A stretch of 64,000 nt of DNA, from positions 4,416,001 to 4,480,000 of the forward strand of contig CAWIPH010000002.1 in the NCBI GenBank assembly GCA_963837955.1. Reading direction: 5' to 3'. How positions within the stretch are numbered: the first letter of the stretch is position 1; each line of letters starts with the position of its first letter. Source of the stretch: an uncultured Verrucomicrobiae bacterium (lineage in GTDB: Bacteria > Verrucomicrobiota > Verrucomicrobiia > Chthoniobacterales > JAFAMB01). The notes under the pieces were generated by a model, which did no database searches, was not told where the DNA came from, and saw nothing but the letters and a program-made list of their open reading frames with translations. The translations under genes and the position numbers were made by a program. Below are positions 1-10,464 of the stretch, piece by piece.

Positions 1-151
1 AAACATCAGAATAGTTGGCACGTTGAAGCCGAGGACAACATCAAGCAAACCAAAAATGCCGTCTCAAAAAGGAAGGACCGAGTGATTTTTTTTAAGCATA
101 ATTGCGAAAAAAAACATTGCCAAGCGCCCCACGGCGTTTAGTGTGCAGTCT

Positions 152-214
152 GCCAGCTCGATTGGCCCCCAGAATCGTGTTCCCCCTCTGATCGAGCTGG
201 TTTTTCCTTTTTTT
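152..214 (+). terminator. Stem-loop followed by a T-tract (intrinsic terminator or 3' end of a small RNA)
   Basis: CCAGCTCGAT (153-162) and ATCGAGCTGG (191-200) form a perfect 10-bp inverted repeat, followed by TTTTTCCTTTTTTT. Confidence 0.55.
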
Positions 215-275
215 GGCACGGAGACGGAGTGCTGCGCGTTTTAGGACCGCCCAAAATCTGGTCCCAACCGCTATT

Positions 276-1496
276 TCAGGGCACTAAAGGTCGTTTACTT
301 TCTATGAATAACGCGTGAAGGAGACGCACGGCTTCGTTCACCTGCTCTCGATGAATCATCCAGGTAATGCGAAATGAAGACGTAGCCACCCCAAACGACC
401 TAATTTTCGTTTTCTGCAGTGCTTCGGAACCTTGTCGGACTTTCTCGTGAGATGCGTTAATACCGGCGCCCACCACGCTAACCGCACCTAGCTCGTCATT
501 CCAAATCAGGTCGGATCCCAAAGTCCCGAGTTTCTTCCGCAGGCTTGAAATCTGATGCAGATTTTCTTTCGAGATCACCAATGTGAGTCCATCCTGGTGA
601 CCCCCGATTGTGGTGACGTGAAGCTGTTTACCCGGACATCCGAATTCATCCATAATAGCCAACAGTTCATCCACCTTGCGGCTCTGAATCATCACTACCT
701 GTTCTTCACTGGCCACGCCAATAACCGAACCTGGCAGGCGCGGTGGGGACTTGCGCACCACGGTGCCGTCCTGTGACGGGTCCGGACCGGGAAGCGGCCC
801 TGCGGTGGCTCGCGCATAAATCGCGATCCCTTTCTCTTTGGCAAATTCTACCGCTTGGGCATTTAATACTTTCGCTCCCGATTCTGCCAATTCCTGCGTT
901 TCTTCGTAAGAGAGGACGCCAATTCGCTTTGCGGATGGTACGACTCGTGGGTCACCGGTATAGACGCCATCGACGTCCGAACAGATTTCACACCATTCTG
1001 CCTCCAAAGCCGCTGCCATCGCCACTGCCGTCGTGTCGCTTCCTCCTCGACCCAGGGTCGTAACTTCGCGTCGATAGGAAACTCCTTGATAGCCGGCGAC
1101 GACCACAATCTTTTTGCGAGCAAGTTCGTCTTGCACCCGGAACGGTCTTACTTCGATGATCCGGGCGTCCACATGCCGATCATTCGTGATGATTCCGGAC
1201 TGGCTTCCAGTGAAGCTTATCGCGTCTCCTCCTAACTCCCTGATGGCCATCGAAAGGAGCGCCATCGAAATGCGTTCTCCGGCCGACAACAACATGTCTA
1301 ATTCGCGGCGGTCGGGATTGGCTGAGATCTGCTTAGCCAGTCTCAGCAGATCATCCGTCGTATCGCCCATCGCCGAAACGACCACCACCACGTCATGGCC
1401 CTGGTTCTTCGTTCGCATGATTCGCTCCGCGACGAGCCCCAAACGTTTAACGTCAGCAACACTGCTGCCGCCATACTTTTGGACCACGATTGACAT
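276..1496 (-). CDS. lysC: Aspartate kinase
   Basis: [12 protein letters not shown]-terminus, [28 protein letters not shown] motifs; C-terminal ACT-like region. Confidence 0.95.
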   Translation of the reverse strand: MSIVVQKYGGSSVADVKRLGLVAERIMRTKNQGHDVVVVVSAMGDTTDDLLRLAKQISANPDRRELDMLLSAGERISMALLSMAIRELGGDAISFTGSQSGIITNDRHVDARIIEVRPFRVQDELARKKIVVVAGYQGVSYRREVTTLGRGGSDTTAVAMAAALEAEWCEICSDVDGVYTGDPRVVPSAKRIGVLSYEETQELAESGAKVLNAQAVEFAKEKGIAIYARATAGPLPGPDPSQDGTVVRKSPPRLPGSVIGVASEEQVVMIQSRKVDELLAIMDEFGCPGKQLHVTTIGGHQDGLTLVISKENLHQISSLRKKLGTLGSDLIWNDELGAVSVVGAGINASHEKVRQGSEALQKTKIRSFGVATSSFRITWMIHREQVNEAVRLLHALFIESKRPLVP

Positions 1497-1572
1497 AAAA
1501 ACTCAATGTTTCAGAGCCAGCTCACCAATGGCAAGCCAGGAATGTGTAGCGCCGGGATCGCCGGGAACGCTG

Positions 1573-1851
1573 AGAGGTGAGAAGTGAGAGGTGAGAAGTG
1601 AGAGGTGAGAAGTGAGAGGTGAGAAGTGATTGGTGAAAGCCTTGCCCTACCGTTTTGCGTCTCCCGCATTCGATGTTCCCACCTACTTTTCGCCTTGCAC
1701 CTCTCATCGTTCCCGGCGCTGTCGGCGTTCCCGGCGCTGTCGGCGTTCCCGGCGTTCCCGGCGTTCCCGGCGCTTTGACCAATCACCAATCACCTCTCAC
1801 TTTTCACTTCTCCTCCGGCGTTCCCGGCGTTCCCGGCGCTGCCGGCGTTCC
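1573..1851. repeat. Heptamer array (GAGAGGT/GAGAAGT) followed by 9-mer CCCGGCGTT-type arrays
   Basis: Visible tandem repeats at 1573-1627, 1711-1773 and 1815-1851. Confidence 0.9.
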
Positions 1852-1856
1852 CAACG

Positions 1857-3224
1857 TTACCAGCGCAAGAGCTTACCATTCGGCGTTCGCGGTAGATTAG
1901 GTACTCGTATGAAGGTGCGCGGAATTTTTCGCGGATCGAGACGATCGACCAATCGCTCCGCCAAACCGGGGATCACCAACTCGTCGGCCACCAGCTCGGC
2001 GGCGAGGGATTGGGTCCGACTATCCAAAAAAACGCGACTCTCTTTTACCCCCGGTATAGAGTCAATAACCGATTCAACCTCTTCACAAAAGAACCTCACC
2101 CCGTCCACTTCCAGCAGACTCTTGTTGCGACCCGCCAGAACGAGAAATTGTTCTTCGTCGAGATAAGCCATATCGCCGGTTGGATAACCGTATTTCGAAA
2201 GAATCTTGGAGCGCTCTCGCCACGGGTTGAGATAGGCGTCGAGCAGTCCCGGCCCCTTGACATGCAGTTCACCGACTTCGCCTGCTTCTACCGGGGATCC
2301 ATCCTCTCCGACAAAAGTCAGTTTGTAAGCCGGCATCGCTGGTCCCACCGAGTTTGCTTTGGGCAAACGATCGCTCAATGTCAGCAGACCGACTTCGATG
2401 ATTCCTAAGGCCGGGTTCAACGGCCTGCCGAAACGAACACTGAAGTGCTTTTGCAACTTCTCCGAAAGAGCAGCAGCGGTTGAAATAGCCAAGCGGACAG
2501 AATTCAAGTCTCCAGTCCCGTGCTCAATAAGCGCGCGATACGATTCCGGAGACCCATAAATGATCGTCGGATGGAGCTCGGACATCACCTTGCTGATCGT
2601 GCCGGGAGAATCGGCCTGGGTCAGGATCATGGTTGCGCCCCGCGAGAGGTAAAGAAGCACGGAGACCACGAAATGATCGGCCATCGGCTGTCGAAACCAG
2701 ACGCGGTCGGAAGGCGTAATCTTGAGTACTTCGTCCGCCGCCGCCAAGCGATCGACAATCGTCCCATGCCCGAGAAGGACTCCTTTCCTGGTCCCTGTTG
2801 TACCTGAGGTAAAACGGATGTAAGCCGGGAGAGTCGCTCGAAATAATTCGTCGTTGGCCGAGTCGACCGGACCAGCAAAAGGAAATCGAATCAATTGTTC
2901 GTGAGGGCTCAGCAGCCAGTTCAATTGCGCCGCATGAATGGCAAACTCGACCTCAGGCTGAGGGACAAACAATCCAATGGGCGCCACACACATGCCGGTC
3001 GACAGGACTGCGAGGGCATGGACCGGAAATTCGATCCCCTCAGGACAGAGTAGCCCACAGCGCTCATACGTTCGGCAACCGCGCTCCTTTAGCCAGCGCG
3101 CCACCGCATCAACGCGCTCGAGTAACTCTGCGTAGGTTATTCTTTCATTTGTGTCGGCAATAATAAACGCCAGACGATTAGGCTGCTGCTCGGCTTGTTG
3201 CCGAATAAGTTGCAAGATACTCAC
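1857..3224 (-). CDS. Class I adenylate-forming enzyme (AMP-binding acyl-CoA ligase family)
   Basis: FTSGTTGTRKGV (A3), TGD (A7), LPRTPNGKL (A10). Start placed at GTG 3224 because the longer ORF overlaps proB; exact start uncertain. Confidence 0.88.
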   Translation of the reverse strand: MSILQLIRQQAEQQPNRLAFIIADTNERITYAELLERVDAVARWLKERGCRTYERCGLLCPEGIEFPVHALAVLSTGMCVAPIGLFVPQPEVEFAIHAAQLNWLLSPHEQLIRFPFAGPVDSANDELFRATLPAYIRFTSGTTGTRKGVLLGHGTIVDRLAAADEVLKITPSDRVWFRQPMADHFVVSVLLYLSRGATMILTQADSPGTISKVMSELHPTIIYGSPESYRALIEHGTGDLNSVRLAISTAAALSEKLQKHFSVRFGRPLNPALGIIEVGLLTLSDRLPKANSVGPAMPAYKLTFVGEDGSPVEAGEVGELHVKGPGLLDAYLNPWRERSKILSKYGYPTGDMAYLDEEQFLVLAGRNKSLLEVDGVRFFCEEVESVIDSIPGVKESRVFLDSRTQSLAAELVADELVIPGLAERLVDRLDPRKIPRTFIRVPNLPRTPNGKLLRW

Positions 3225-3287
3225 CGCGCTTGACCTATCAGCCAGGGCTAGCATTCTGGTCAACTGGAACGATATTCGGCTTCCGAT

Positions 3288-4049
3288 ATGGTAGACAAAC
3301 GCAAGAGGGTGGTCATCAAACTCGGTACTGGCATCCTCACTAAGCCAACCCGAGATGGCCTTGATATGGGCCAGTTTCAACGCCTAAGCGCAGAGATTGC
3401 GGAGACCATTCACGCCGGTACCGAAGTGGTCGTGGTAACCAGTGGGGCCGTGGGCGCTGGTCTCATGCACCTGAGGGTCACCGAACGCCCTTCTGATCTG
3501 CCATCGGTCCAAGCGGCTGCCGCCATCGGTCAATCGCGTTTGATGCGGTTATACGCAACCCTGTTCGCCCGCCATGGCTTACACGTTGCGCAACTGTTGC
3601 TCACTCATCAAGATCTGGACAGCCGGACCAGATTTCAAAACGCCCGTAATACCTTGGAACGGCTCTTGCGTTTCGAGAATATCGTTCCGATCATCAATGA
3701 GAACGACTCGGTTGTGGTCGAGGAACTGAAGTTCGGCGACAACGATCTTTTGTCCGCAGAAGTAGCCACGCTTGGCCGGGCTGATCTCCTATTGATCCTG
3801 ACCAGTGTGGAAGGTCTGCTGGGAGAAGATGACCGGCTAATCCCCGAGGTTACCGACGTCGACGCGGTGGCTGGGCTGGCTAAACGCGAGTTGGGCGTAT
3901 ATTCCCGCGGTGGCATGGTAAGCAAACTGCAAGCGGCAAAACAAGCCTTACAAGCTGGGATACCGACGGTGATAGCGAGTGGTCTCCGACCGAACGTAAT
4001 CAGGGCTGCTATCAACGGGGAAAAGGTTGGAACGCGATTTCTGGTGTAA
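3288..4049 (+). CDS. proB: Glutamate 5-kinase (short form, no PUA domain)
   Basis: VIKLGT, VTSGAVGAG, PIINEND, FGDND, GGMVSKL; adjacent to proA. Confidence 0.95.
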   Translation: MVDKRKRVVIKLGTGILTKPTRDGLDMGQFQRLSAEIAETIHAGTEVVVVTSGAVGAGLMHLRVTERPSDLPSVQAAAAIGQSRLMRLYATLFARHGLHVAQLLLTHQDLDSRTRFQNARNTLERLLRFENIVPIINENDSVVVEELKFGDNDLLSAEVATLGRADLLLILTSVEGLLGEDDRLIPEVTDVDAVAGLAKRELGVYSRGGMVSKLQAAKQALQAGIPTVIASGLRPNVIRAAINGEKVGTRFLV

Positions 4050-4051
4050 TC

Positions 4052-5317
4052 ATGACAACTCAGTCCGAAGAACGAGTGCTCGCTATCGGGGCGCAGGCAC
4101 GTAAAGCAGCACGGGCGATTGCGCGCGCTTCTACCGCTCATAAGGACGCTGCCCTGTTGGCTACGGCTGACCGTATCGAACGTTCGGCCGAACGCATCCT
4201 CGCCGCGAATGAGGCTGATATGAAATCGGCTGCGGCCTCCGGCCTCAGCTCGGCTATGCTGGACCGATTACGGCTCGACTCAGACCGCATTAGTACTCTG
4301 GCAAAAAATATTCGACAGATCGCGATTCTTCCCGATCCCGTCGGCTCGGTAATCCGCCAATGGGACCGAGAAGATGGCTTGGAATTTGCCAAGGTACGAG
4401 TTCCGATCGGAGTGATCGGGATCATCTACGAATCTCGTCCAAACGTGACCAGTGACGCGGCTTCGCTTTGCCTTAAAACCGGAAACGCCGTAATCCTGCG
4501 CGGCGGATCTGAATCTCTGGGTTCAAATCTAGCGATAGCCGAAGCCTTACGCGAAGGCTGCGAACAGGCCGGGATTACACCGGATGCGATACAGATCGTT
4601 GACGTAACGGACAGAGCGGCCGTTCGCGCAATGGCCGAAATGGATCAGTACATTGATCTGATGATCCCGCGCGGTGGAAAGTCGCTCATCGAAACTGTTA
4701 CCAAGCTCGCACGTATGCCGGTCATTAAGCATTACGACGGGATTTGCCATATATATGTCGATCGTGCGGCGGATTTTACGATGGCGGAGAAAATCGTCCT
4801 GAACGCTAAATGTCAGCGCCCCAGCGTTTGCAACGCCGTGGAAACCCTTTTGGTTCATCGTGACATCGCGGACCCCTTTCTCCGCCGTTGCGGGCCAGCC
4901 CTTCAGGAACGTCGGGTCGAGTTGCGCGGCGATGATCGAACCCGTGCCATTCTGGGTTCCGATGTCGTGGTAGCAACCGAAGAAGATTGGCGCACAGAGT
5001 ACCTGGACCTTATTTTGTCCATTCGCGTGGTCGATTCGCTCGAAGCGGCCGTGGACCACATCGAGACCTATGGTTCCCATCACAGCGATGCAATCGTGAC
5101 GGAGGATGAAGCGGCAGCACAGGCCTTCCTACGAGAAGTTGATTCGGCGGCGGTATTTTGGAATGCTTCCACCCGCTTCAATGATGGCGGCGAATTCGGT
5201 TTCGGTGCCGAAATTGGCATCAGCACGAATCGATTACACGCCCGCGGACCGATGGCGTTGGAAGAGCTGACAACATACAAGTACGTCGTGCGAGGCAAGG
5301 GCCACGTGAGAGGTTAG
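4052..5317 (+). CDS. proA: Glutamate-5-semialdehyde dehydrogenase
   Basis: IYESRPNVT, LRGGSE, SVCNAVET, NASTRF, GAEIGIST. Confidence 0.97.
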   Translation: MTTQSEERVLAIGAQARKAARAIARASTAHKDAALLATADRIERSAERILAANEADMKSAAASGLSSAMLDRLRLDSDRISTLAKNIRQIAILPDPVGSVIRQWDREDGLEFAKVRVPIGVIGIIYESRPNVTSDAASLCLKTGNAVILRGGSESLGSNLAIAEALREGCEQAGITPDAIQIVDVTDRAAVRAMAEMDQYIDLMIPRGGKSLIETVTKLARMPVIKHYDGICHIYVDRAADFTMAEKIVLNAKCQRPSVCNAVETLLVHRDIADPFLRRCGPALQERRVELRGDDRTRAILGSDVVVATEEDWRTEYLDLILSIRVVDSLEAAVDHIETYGSHHSDAIVTEDEAAAQAFLREVDSAAVFWNASTRFNDGGEFGFGAEIGISTNRLHARGPMALEELTTYKYVVRGKGHVRG

Positions 5318-5413
5318 CAATCCGCTTTCGTCCTCGTCCTCGAATCGTGCTCGTCGTCGTCCTCGAATCGAACTCATGCCGACTTATCCGCCATAGTCCC
5401 GCGACTAGCATCT

Positions 5414-5542
5414 GCGTCAACAGAAGGCCGATGTCTGGTTCTCCGCCAAGCGGGAGGGATCGCACGTCCTCGTGCGCCGCGGATCGCGAGGACGCGATCC
5501 CTCCCGGGGGCAGAGAACCAGACATCGGCCTTCTGTTGACGC
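5414..5542. repeat. Nested palindrome: 30-bp perfect inverted repeat enclosing a GGGAGGG...CCCTCCC REP-like unit
   Basis: 5414-5443 is the exact reverse complement of 5513-5542; inner arms at 5451-5463 and 5494-5506. Confidence 0.9.
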
Positions 5543-5605
5543 GCAAGGACGCACTGCGGGACCAGGCTTTCGCCCACCGAAACCGTTGACAGCCGCCACC
5601 GCCCA

Positions 5606-5812
5606 CTAGGGCTGCCTATCGGCCTTAGCGTAGATCGCAGTGAGTTGAGAAAGGAGATCTCTCGCCTGATCAGGGCTCACGCCCATCCGCTTCTCAAACT
5701 CCCAGACCTCTACGGCGTTACACGCTTCGTTCAAAGCGTTAGACAAAACACCCAATTCGGCCTTTGAAATCGTCAGCGTGATTTCTTCCTCTTTAATATC
5801 GATTGCTTTCAT
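5606..5812 (-). CDS. Small hypothetical protein (68 aa)
   Basis: ATG directly abuts the stop of the upstream SDR gene; protein-like composition. Confidence 0.6.
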   Translation of the reverse strand: MKAIDIKEEEITLTISKAELGVLSNALNEACNAVEVWEFEKRMGVSPDQARDLLSQLTAIYAKADRQP

Positions 5813-6655
5813 TTAGCGGAGATTTGAGAGTATTTTTTCTATACCTTCTTGGAAAGTCGGAAAGCCCGGCTGCCAACCCAGTTTTCGCAGCTTCGCATTG
5901 GATACCTTTTTACTTGTCCAGGCACGTTTGCGGTTGAAGTCACGCGGTCCAAATGGCGGCATCGGTTTGCCGGTCCGCTGCGCAACCCAGCGAAACCATT
6001 CGAGCTGAGAGATCGGACTGTTATCGACGACGTTAAAGATGCCGCCTGGCTGCAACATGGCGAGGAATAGCAGTGCGCTCACCGCATCGTCTCGATAAAT
6101 CGAATTCATCACTCGCTCGCCCTCTCCTTCGATAATGGCGTCGGCAGCGAGTAACAGGCGAAGCGGCACACAACGACCCGGTCCATAAATTCCGGCCAGC
6201 CTCGCAACCGTCCCACCGCGTTCTAGGACGAGATCCTCAGCTATTCGAAGAATCCTTCCGGTCTCCCGTTCAGGTTCCGCGGTTGAATGTTCGTCGACCG
6301 AAGAACCGTCCGTTTGCGGATAGACAGAAGTGGAACTGATTAGGAGAAAATGCTCAATCTGCAGAGCAGCGAACAAATTTCTCGTTCCGCTCTCAAACAA
6401 GCCTCGGTAAGCGTCACTTCCCCCACCTCCGGAGCTGGCACAATGAACGACCAACGAAAACGACCGAAAGTTCAGGCGTTTGACAAAATCGGGTTCTCGG
6501 ATGTCGGCCGCAGTTACGTTCAATCCGCTTGCGCGTAGTTTAGCGGCGGAATCTTCCGACAGGGTCAAACCGACCGCCTGCCAACCCTTGTCCGAGAAGG
6601 CCTTTAACAACGGTTCGCCGATGTACCCGCAACCTATGAGTAATACGCTAGACAA
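5813..6655 (-). CDS. NAD(P)-dependent epimerase/dehydratase, atypical SDR (YeeZ-like)
   Basis: LIGCGYIG Rossmann motif, ISSTSVY, RLAGIYGPGR. Confidence 0.88.
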   Translation of the reverse strand: MSSVLLIGCGYIGEPLLKAFSDKGWQAVGLTLSEDSAAKLRASGLNVTAADIREPDFVKRLNFRSFSLVVHCASSGGGGSDAYRGLFESGTRNLFAALQIEHFLLISSTSVYPQTDGSSVDEHSTAEPERETGRILRIAEDLVLERGGTVARLAGIYGPGRCVPLRLLLAADAIIEGEGERVMNSIYRDDAVSALLFLAMLQPGGIFNVVDNSPISQLEWFRWVAQRTGKPMPPFGPRDFNRKRAWTSKKVSNAKLRKLGWQPGFPTFQEGIEKILSNLR

Positions 6656-6685
6656 GCTCAGCCGATTCTCTAAGTATCACGAATC

Positions 6686-7717
6686 ATGAGCCTCCGAAAG
6701 ACGGTGCTACTGGCCACCTTGGGCGCCCTTATCGTTATCACCGCGCTGCATCTCACTTTCAATCTTCACGTTTTTTCGGGTCTCACTGGTAGTGAATCTT
6801 TCCGCGTCGGATTTTTACCGGTCACTTGCCATCTCACCTGCCCGGTCACCGATTTCATAAATAAACAAGTATCCGGACGATCCGAATTTCAGCCATTGCG
6901 ATTTCAAGGCTGGCCGGAACTGAAAGAAGCGTTCCTCTCCGGAGAGACGCCGGCCACTTTCATCCTTGCTCCGCTCGCGATGAAGCTCCGCGAAGATGGA
7001 GTGCCACTCAAAATTGTTTACCTTGGCCATCGGGATGGAAGCGCGATGATGGTGAGCAAAGATTCGACCATCTTTTCCATCGAAGATCTAAAAGGGAAGA
7101 CCGTCGCGGTCCCGAATCGGTTCTCTAATCAATGGCTGCTGGTGATCAAAGCGCTTAAGGAACACAACATGTCGACGAGCGATATTCATATGGTCGAGAT
7201 GCCGCCGCCTGACATGCCGGCCGCTTTGTTTAGTCATGCAGTTGATGCCATTACTTCGGGCGAACCATTCATGGGCCAGACCGAATTAGATGGTTATGGT
7301 CGGGTTCTTTATCTGACCAAAGACGTTTGGCCCAATTTCATTTCGTGCGTACTCGCGGTGAACGAAAGCGCGATCAAGAACAAGCGTGAGACGGTGCAAC
7401 GATTGGTCGACGGGATCGCCCGAAGCGGACAGTGGCTGGACAAGACGATGGATCACCGCATGGAAGCAGCGCAATTTGTAGCGCAATACTACTACAATCA
7501 AAATCCTCGCTTGCTTCAATTTGTGTTAAGCAAACCACCAGATCGGGTCAAGTATACGGACTTGGCCGTCCGCAAGCATGACTTCGAAGAGATTGAAGCG
7601 CTTGGAATAGAAGCCGGTATCCTGAAGGGAAAAGCTCACTTTGAAGATTATACCGACGCCAGTTTTGTTCCGCCCGGAAAACAGGTGGAGGCTTACAATT
7701 GGGACTATAAACCTTGA
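6686..7717 (+). CDS. NitT/TauT-family ABC transporter substrate-binding protein
   Basis: N-terminal membrane anchor, DLKGKTVAVP, MPPPDMPAAL, EPF; followed by permease and ATPase. Confidence 0.88.
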   Translation: MSLRKTVLLATLGALIVITALHLTFNLHVFSGLTGSESFRVGFLPVTCHLTCPVTDFINKQVSGRSEFQPLRFQGWPELKEAFLSGETPATFILAPLAMKLREDGVPLKIVYLGHRDGSAMMVSKDSTIFSIEDLKGKTVAVPNRFSNQWLLVIKALKEHNMSTSDIHMVEMPPPDMPAALFSHAVDAITSGEPFMGQTELDGYGRVLYLTKDVWPNFISCVLAVNESAIKNKRETVQRLVDGIARSGQWLDKTMDHRMEAAQFVAQYYYNQNPRLLQFVLSKPPDRVKYTDLAVRKHDFEEIEALGIEAGILKGKAHFEDYTDASFVPPGKQVEAYNWDYKP

Positions 7718-8478
7718 AAAAGTGGTTGCCGGTACTGTTGCCAGTGATTTCAATTACAGCAGCGGTATCCTTGTGGGACCTTGTAGTAGTTCTCTCTCAC
7801 ACCGACATTTTTCCGCGCCCGCACGAAGTGATCTTGGCCATTGGCGAACTGATTAGTCGGGGGGTGTTGTTCAATTACATTGTCGCTTCTTTGTTTCGAG
7901 TCGGGGTCGGGTTCACTCTAGCCACGCTCATCGGCGTACCCCTTGGTCTTATCCTGGGTTGGTTCCGTCCCGCCCTTTGGGCTATCAATCCGATTATTCA
8001 AATATTGCGCCCCATCTCCCCCATCGCCTGGATCCCGGTCGCTATTCTGTGGTTTCGAGTGGATGATCGCGCACCGATTTTCCTTATTTTTCTGGCCAGC
8101 GTCTTTCCCATCACCGTCTCTTCTCTGGCCGCCGTGCAAAACATTCAGCCCGTTTATGTTCGAGCAGCCGAGAATTTTGGTTTGCGCGGATTCGCGCTGT
8201 TTCGAAGGGTCATATTCCCGGCCTGCCTTCCGCAAATCCTGACCGGACTCCGCATCGCTATGGGGATCGCTTGGCTAGTCGTGGTAGCTGCCGAAATGAT
8301 CGCAGTAAACTCGGGACTCGGTTACTTGATCATCGATGCCCGAAATGCTGGAAAAAGGTACGATCTAGTAGTGGCAGGCATGCTCATGATTGGACTCATC
8401 GGTTTGTTTCTGGATTTTCTGATTCGCCAGCTGGAACTCTTCGACGAAGTGAAGTGGGGCTATTCGCAGAGGAATTAA
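7714..8478 (+). CDS. NitT/TauT-family ABC transporter permease
   Basis: LRPISPIAWIP, EAA-like loop, VVAAEM, GLGYLI. Confidence 0.92.
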   Translation: MKKWLPVLLPVISITAAVSLWDLVVVLSHTDIFPRPHEVILAIGELISRGVLFNYIVASLFRVGVGFTLATLIGVPLGLILGWFRPALWAINPIIQILRPISPIAWIPVAILWFRVDDRAPIFLIFLASVFPITVSSLAAVQNIQPVYVRAAENFGLRGFALFRRVIFPACLPQILTGLRIAMGIAWLVVVAAEMIAVNSGLGYLIIDARNAGKRYDLVVAGMLMIGLIGLFLDFLIRQLELFDEVKWGYSQRN

Positions 8479-8482
8479 GACT

Positions 8483-9307
8483 TTGGATAAGCAAGGACCG
8501 ATCATTCAGGTGCGCGGCTTGGGCATGCAATTCGCGGGTAAGACCGCGCCCATCGTCGTTCTGGAAAACATCGATCTGGCGGTATCTCGTGGAGAATTCG
8601 TCTGCATTGTTGGCCCTTCCGGCTGCGGCAAGTCGACTTTGTTGAACATTATCGCCGGTTTTCTCAAACCGACGACCGGTGAAGTCTTGGTTCATGGCGC
8701 CCAGGTATCCGGTCCCAATCCCCAGCGCATTTTTGTCTTCCAGGAGAACGGTGTGTTTCCCTGGTTAACGGTCGAACAGAATATCGGCTTCGGACTAGAC
8801 CGACTCTCGCCCAACGAGAAGACGCCGATCATTCAGCGTTACGTCGATATGGTCGGGTTAACCAAGTTCGAAAAATTGTATCCGCGTGAGCTCTCTGGAG
8901 GGATGCGTCAACGGGTGGAAATTGCCCGCGCTCTGGCAGCCAATCCGGACATCATTTACATGGATGAACCGTTCGGTGCGCTCGATTTTCTGACCAGATT
9001 GAAGATGCGCGCGGATTTGACGCGCATTTGGCAAGAAGAGCGGAAAACGATCTTGTTCGTGACGCATGACATCGAAGAATCCGTGCAGTTGGCCGACCGG
9101 GTCATCGTATTGAGCCCGCGTCCTGGGAAGATTCAAAAAGATTTGCAGGTGGATCTGCCGCGGCCTCGCGATTTAGACTCTTCCGACTACTTGGAAATCC
9201 GAGACGAGATATTTCACACCATGGGGATGAGCCTGAGGGTCGGGTCGGACCCCATTCCCCCGCCGCACGCGACGACGTCTATCGACTCTCCGGCGCGTCG
9301 CGCCTGA
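8483..9307 (+). CDS. NitT/TauT-family ABC transporter ATP-binding protein
   Basis: Walker A GPSGCGKST, LSGGMRQR, MDEPFGALD, VTHD. Confidence 0.95.
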   Translation: MDKQGPIIQVRGLGMQFAGKTAPIVVLENIDLAVSRGEFVCIVGPSGCGKSTLLNIIAGFLKPTTGEVLVHGAQVSGPNPQRIFVFQENGVFPWLTVEQNIGFGLDRLSPNEKTPIIQRYVDMVGLTKFEKLYPRELSGGMRQRVEIARALAANPDIIYMDEPFGALDFLTRLKMRADLTRIWQEERKTILFVTHDIEESVQLADRVIVLSPRPGKIQKDLQVDLPRPRDLDSSDYLEIRDEIFHTMGMSLRVGSDPIPPPHATTSIDSPARRA

Positions 9308-9345
9308 CTCGAATAAATTGAGTTTTCCTCTCAAGACGCTGAGTA

Positions 9346-10398
9346 TTGGGCCGCTTGAAAGAACTCACTGATCAACTTCACGGCAAGGTCGATCTGACCC
9401 GCTCCCAAGTCCAATCCGCCTCCAAGCAGCTGGCGAGTCCGGACATCAGCGATGCGGAGAAAGCCAATTTCCTAGCCGCCTTGCGGGATAAGGGCGAGAC
9501 CGGCGAAGAGGTCGGCTATTTCGCAGAAGCGTTTCTGGCGATGGCTATTGCGCCAACCATTCAGATCGGAACAAAGCCGACGATCGACCTCTGCGGTACT
9601 GGGGGCGATCGTCTCGAACTGATCAACGTTTCTACTACGGCGATGTTTGTCGTGGCAGCTGCCGGCGTGGTGGTGCTGAAACATGGCAATCGCGCCATCA
9701 CCTCGCGATCGGGTGGCGCCGACGTCCTGGAAAGGTTGAGAATCCCGGTGTCTGGGGCGGCTGAGCGAATGGTCGCATGCATCGAAGAAACCGGGATCGG
9801 TTTTCTTTTTGCGCCTCTCTACCACCCTGCGTTTCAGTTGATCGCGCCGGTTCGTAAGCAGCTCGCGGAACAAGGAGTTGCCACCATCTTCAATCTACTC
9901 GGCCCGCTCCTGAATCCGTTGCGACCCCAGTTCCAGTTAGTCGGCGTGTTTTCTCACTCCATTCTGGAAAAATATGCGATCGCCCTGAGTCAACTCGGAC
10001 GCAGCCGGGCATGGGTAGTCCATGGTTCACTACCGGGCGGATCCGGCATGGACGAAATTTCTCCGCTGGGAGAAACTCAAGTCCACGAAGTAAAAGGAAA
10101 GTCGATTAATTATTTTCACCTCTTTCCAGACCAGCTCGGTATCCGTCCAGCTAATCTGCGTGAATTGCGCGGTGGAGATGCCGAAGCGAACGCGAAAACA
10201 TTGGAAGCGACTCTTTCCGGACATGAGCGCGGTGTCCGGCGCGATTTTGTGCTTTTGAACGCCGCCGCGGGATTAGTCATCGCCGGTATTGCGCCGAAAA
10301 TGGAGAGCGGACTACGCCTGGCAGCCGAGCTAATTGATTCCGGAAAGGCAGCCGCTAAACTCGACGAGTTTCAACGTTTCTTCGCGCCAAAGGCGTGA
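9346..10398 (+). CDS. trpD: Anthranilate phosphoribosyltransferase
   Basis: DLCGTGGD, NVST, KHGNRAITSRSGGADVLE, NLLGPL, GMDEIS. Confidence 0.95.
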   Translation: MGRLKELTDQLHGKVDLTRSQVQSASKQLASPDISDAEKANFLAALRDKGETGEEVGYFAEAFLAMAIAPTIQIGTKPTIDLCGTGGDRLELINVSTTAMFVVAAAGVVVLKHGNRAITSRSGGADVLERLRIPVSGAAERMVACIEETGIGFLFAPLYHPAFQLIAPVRKQLAEQGVATIFNLLGPLLNPLRPQFQLVGVFSHSILEKYAIALSQLGRSRAWVVHGSLPGGSGMDEISPLGETQVHEVKGKSINYFHLFPDQLGIRPANLRELRGGDAEANAKTLEATLSGHERGVRRDFVLLNAAAGLVIAGIAPKMESGLRLAAELIDSGKAAAKLDEFQRFFAPKA

Positions 10399-10464
10399 GA
10401 GCCCAGCGATACAACCCTCCTAGCTCCTGGCTACCAATCACCAATCACTAATACTAATCACCGA

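Noticed and set aside
1..110. Possible gene fragment at the left edge
   Set aside because: Too short to assign a frame or product
1511..1900. Short ORFs between lysC and the AMP-ligase
   Set aside because: Translations of heptamer and 9-mer repeats
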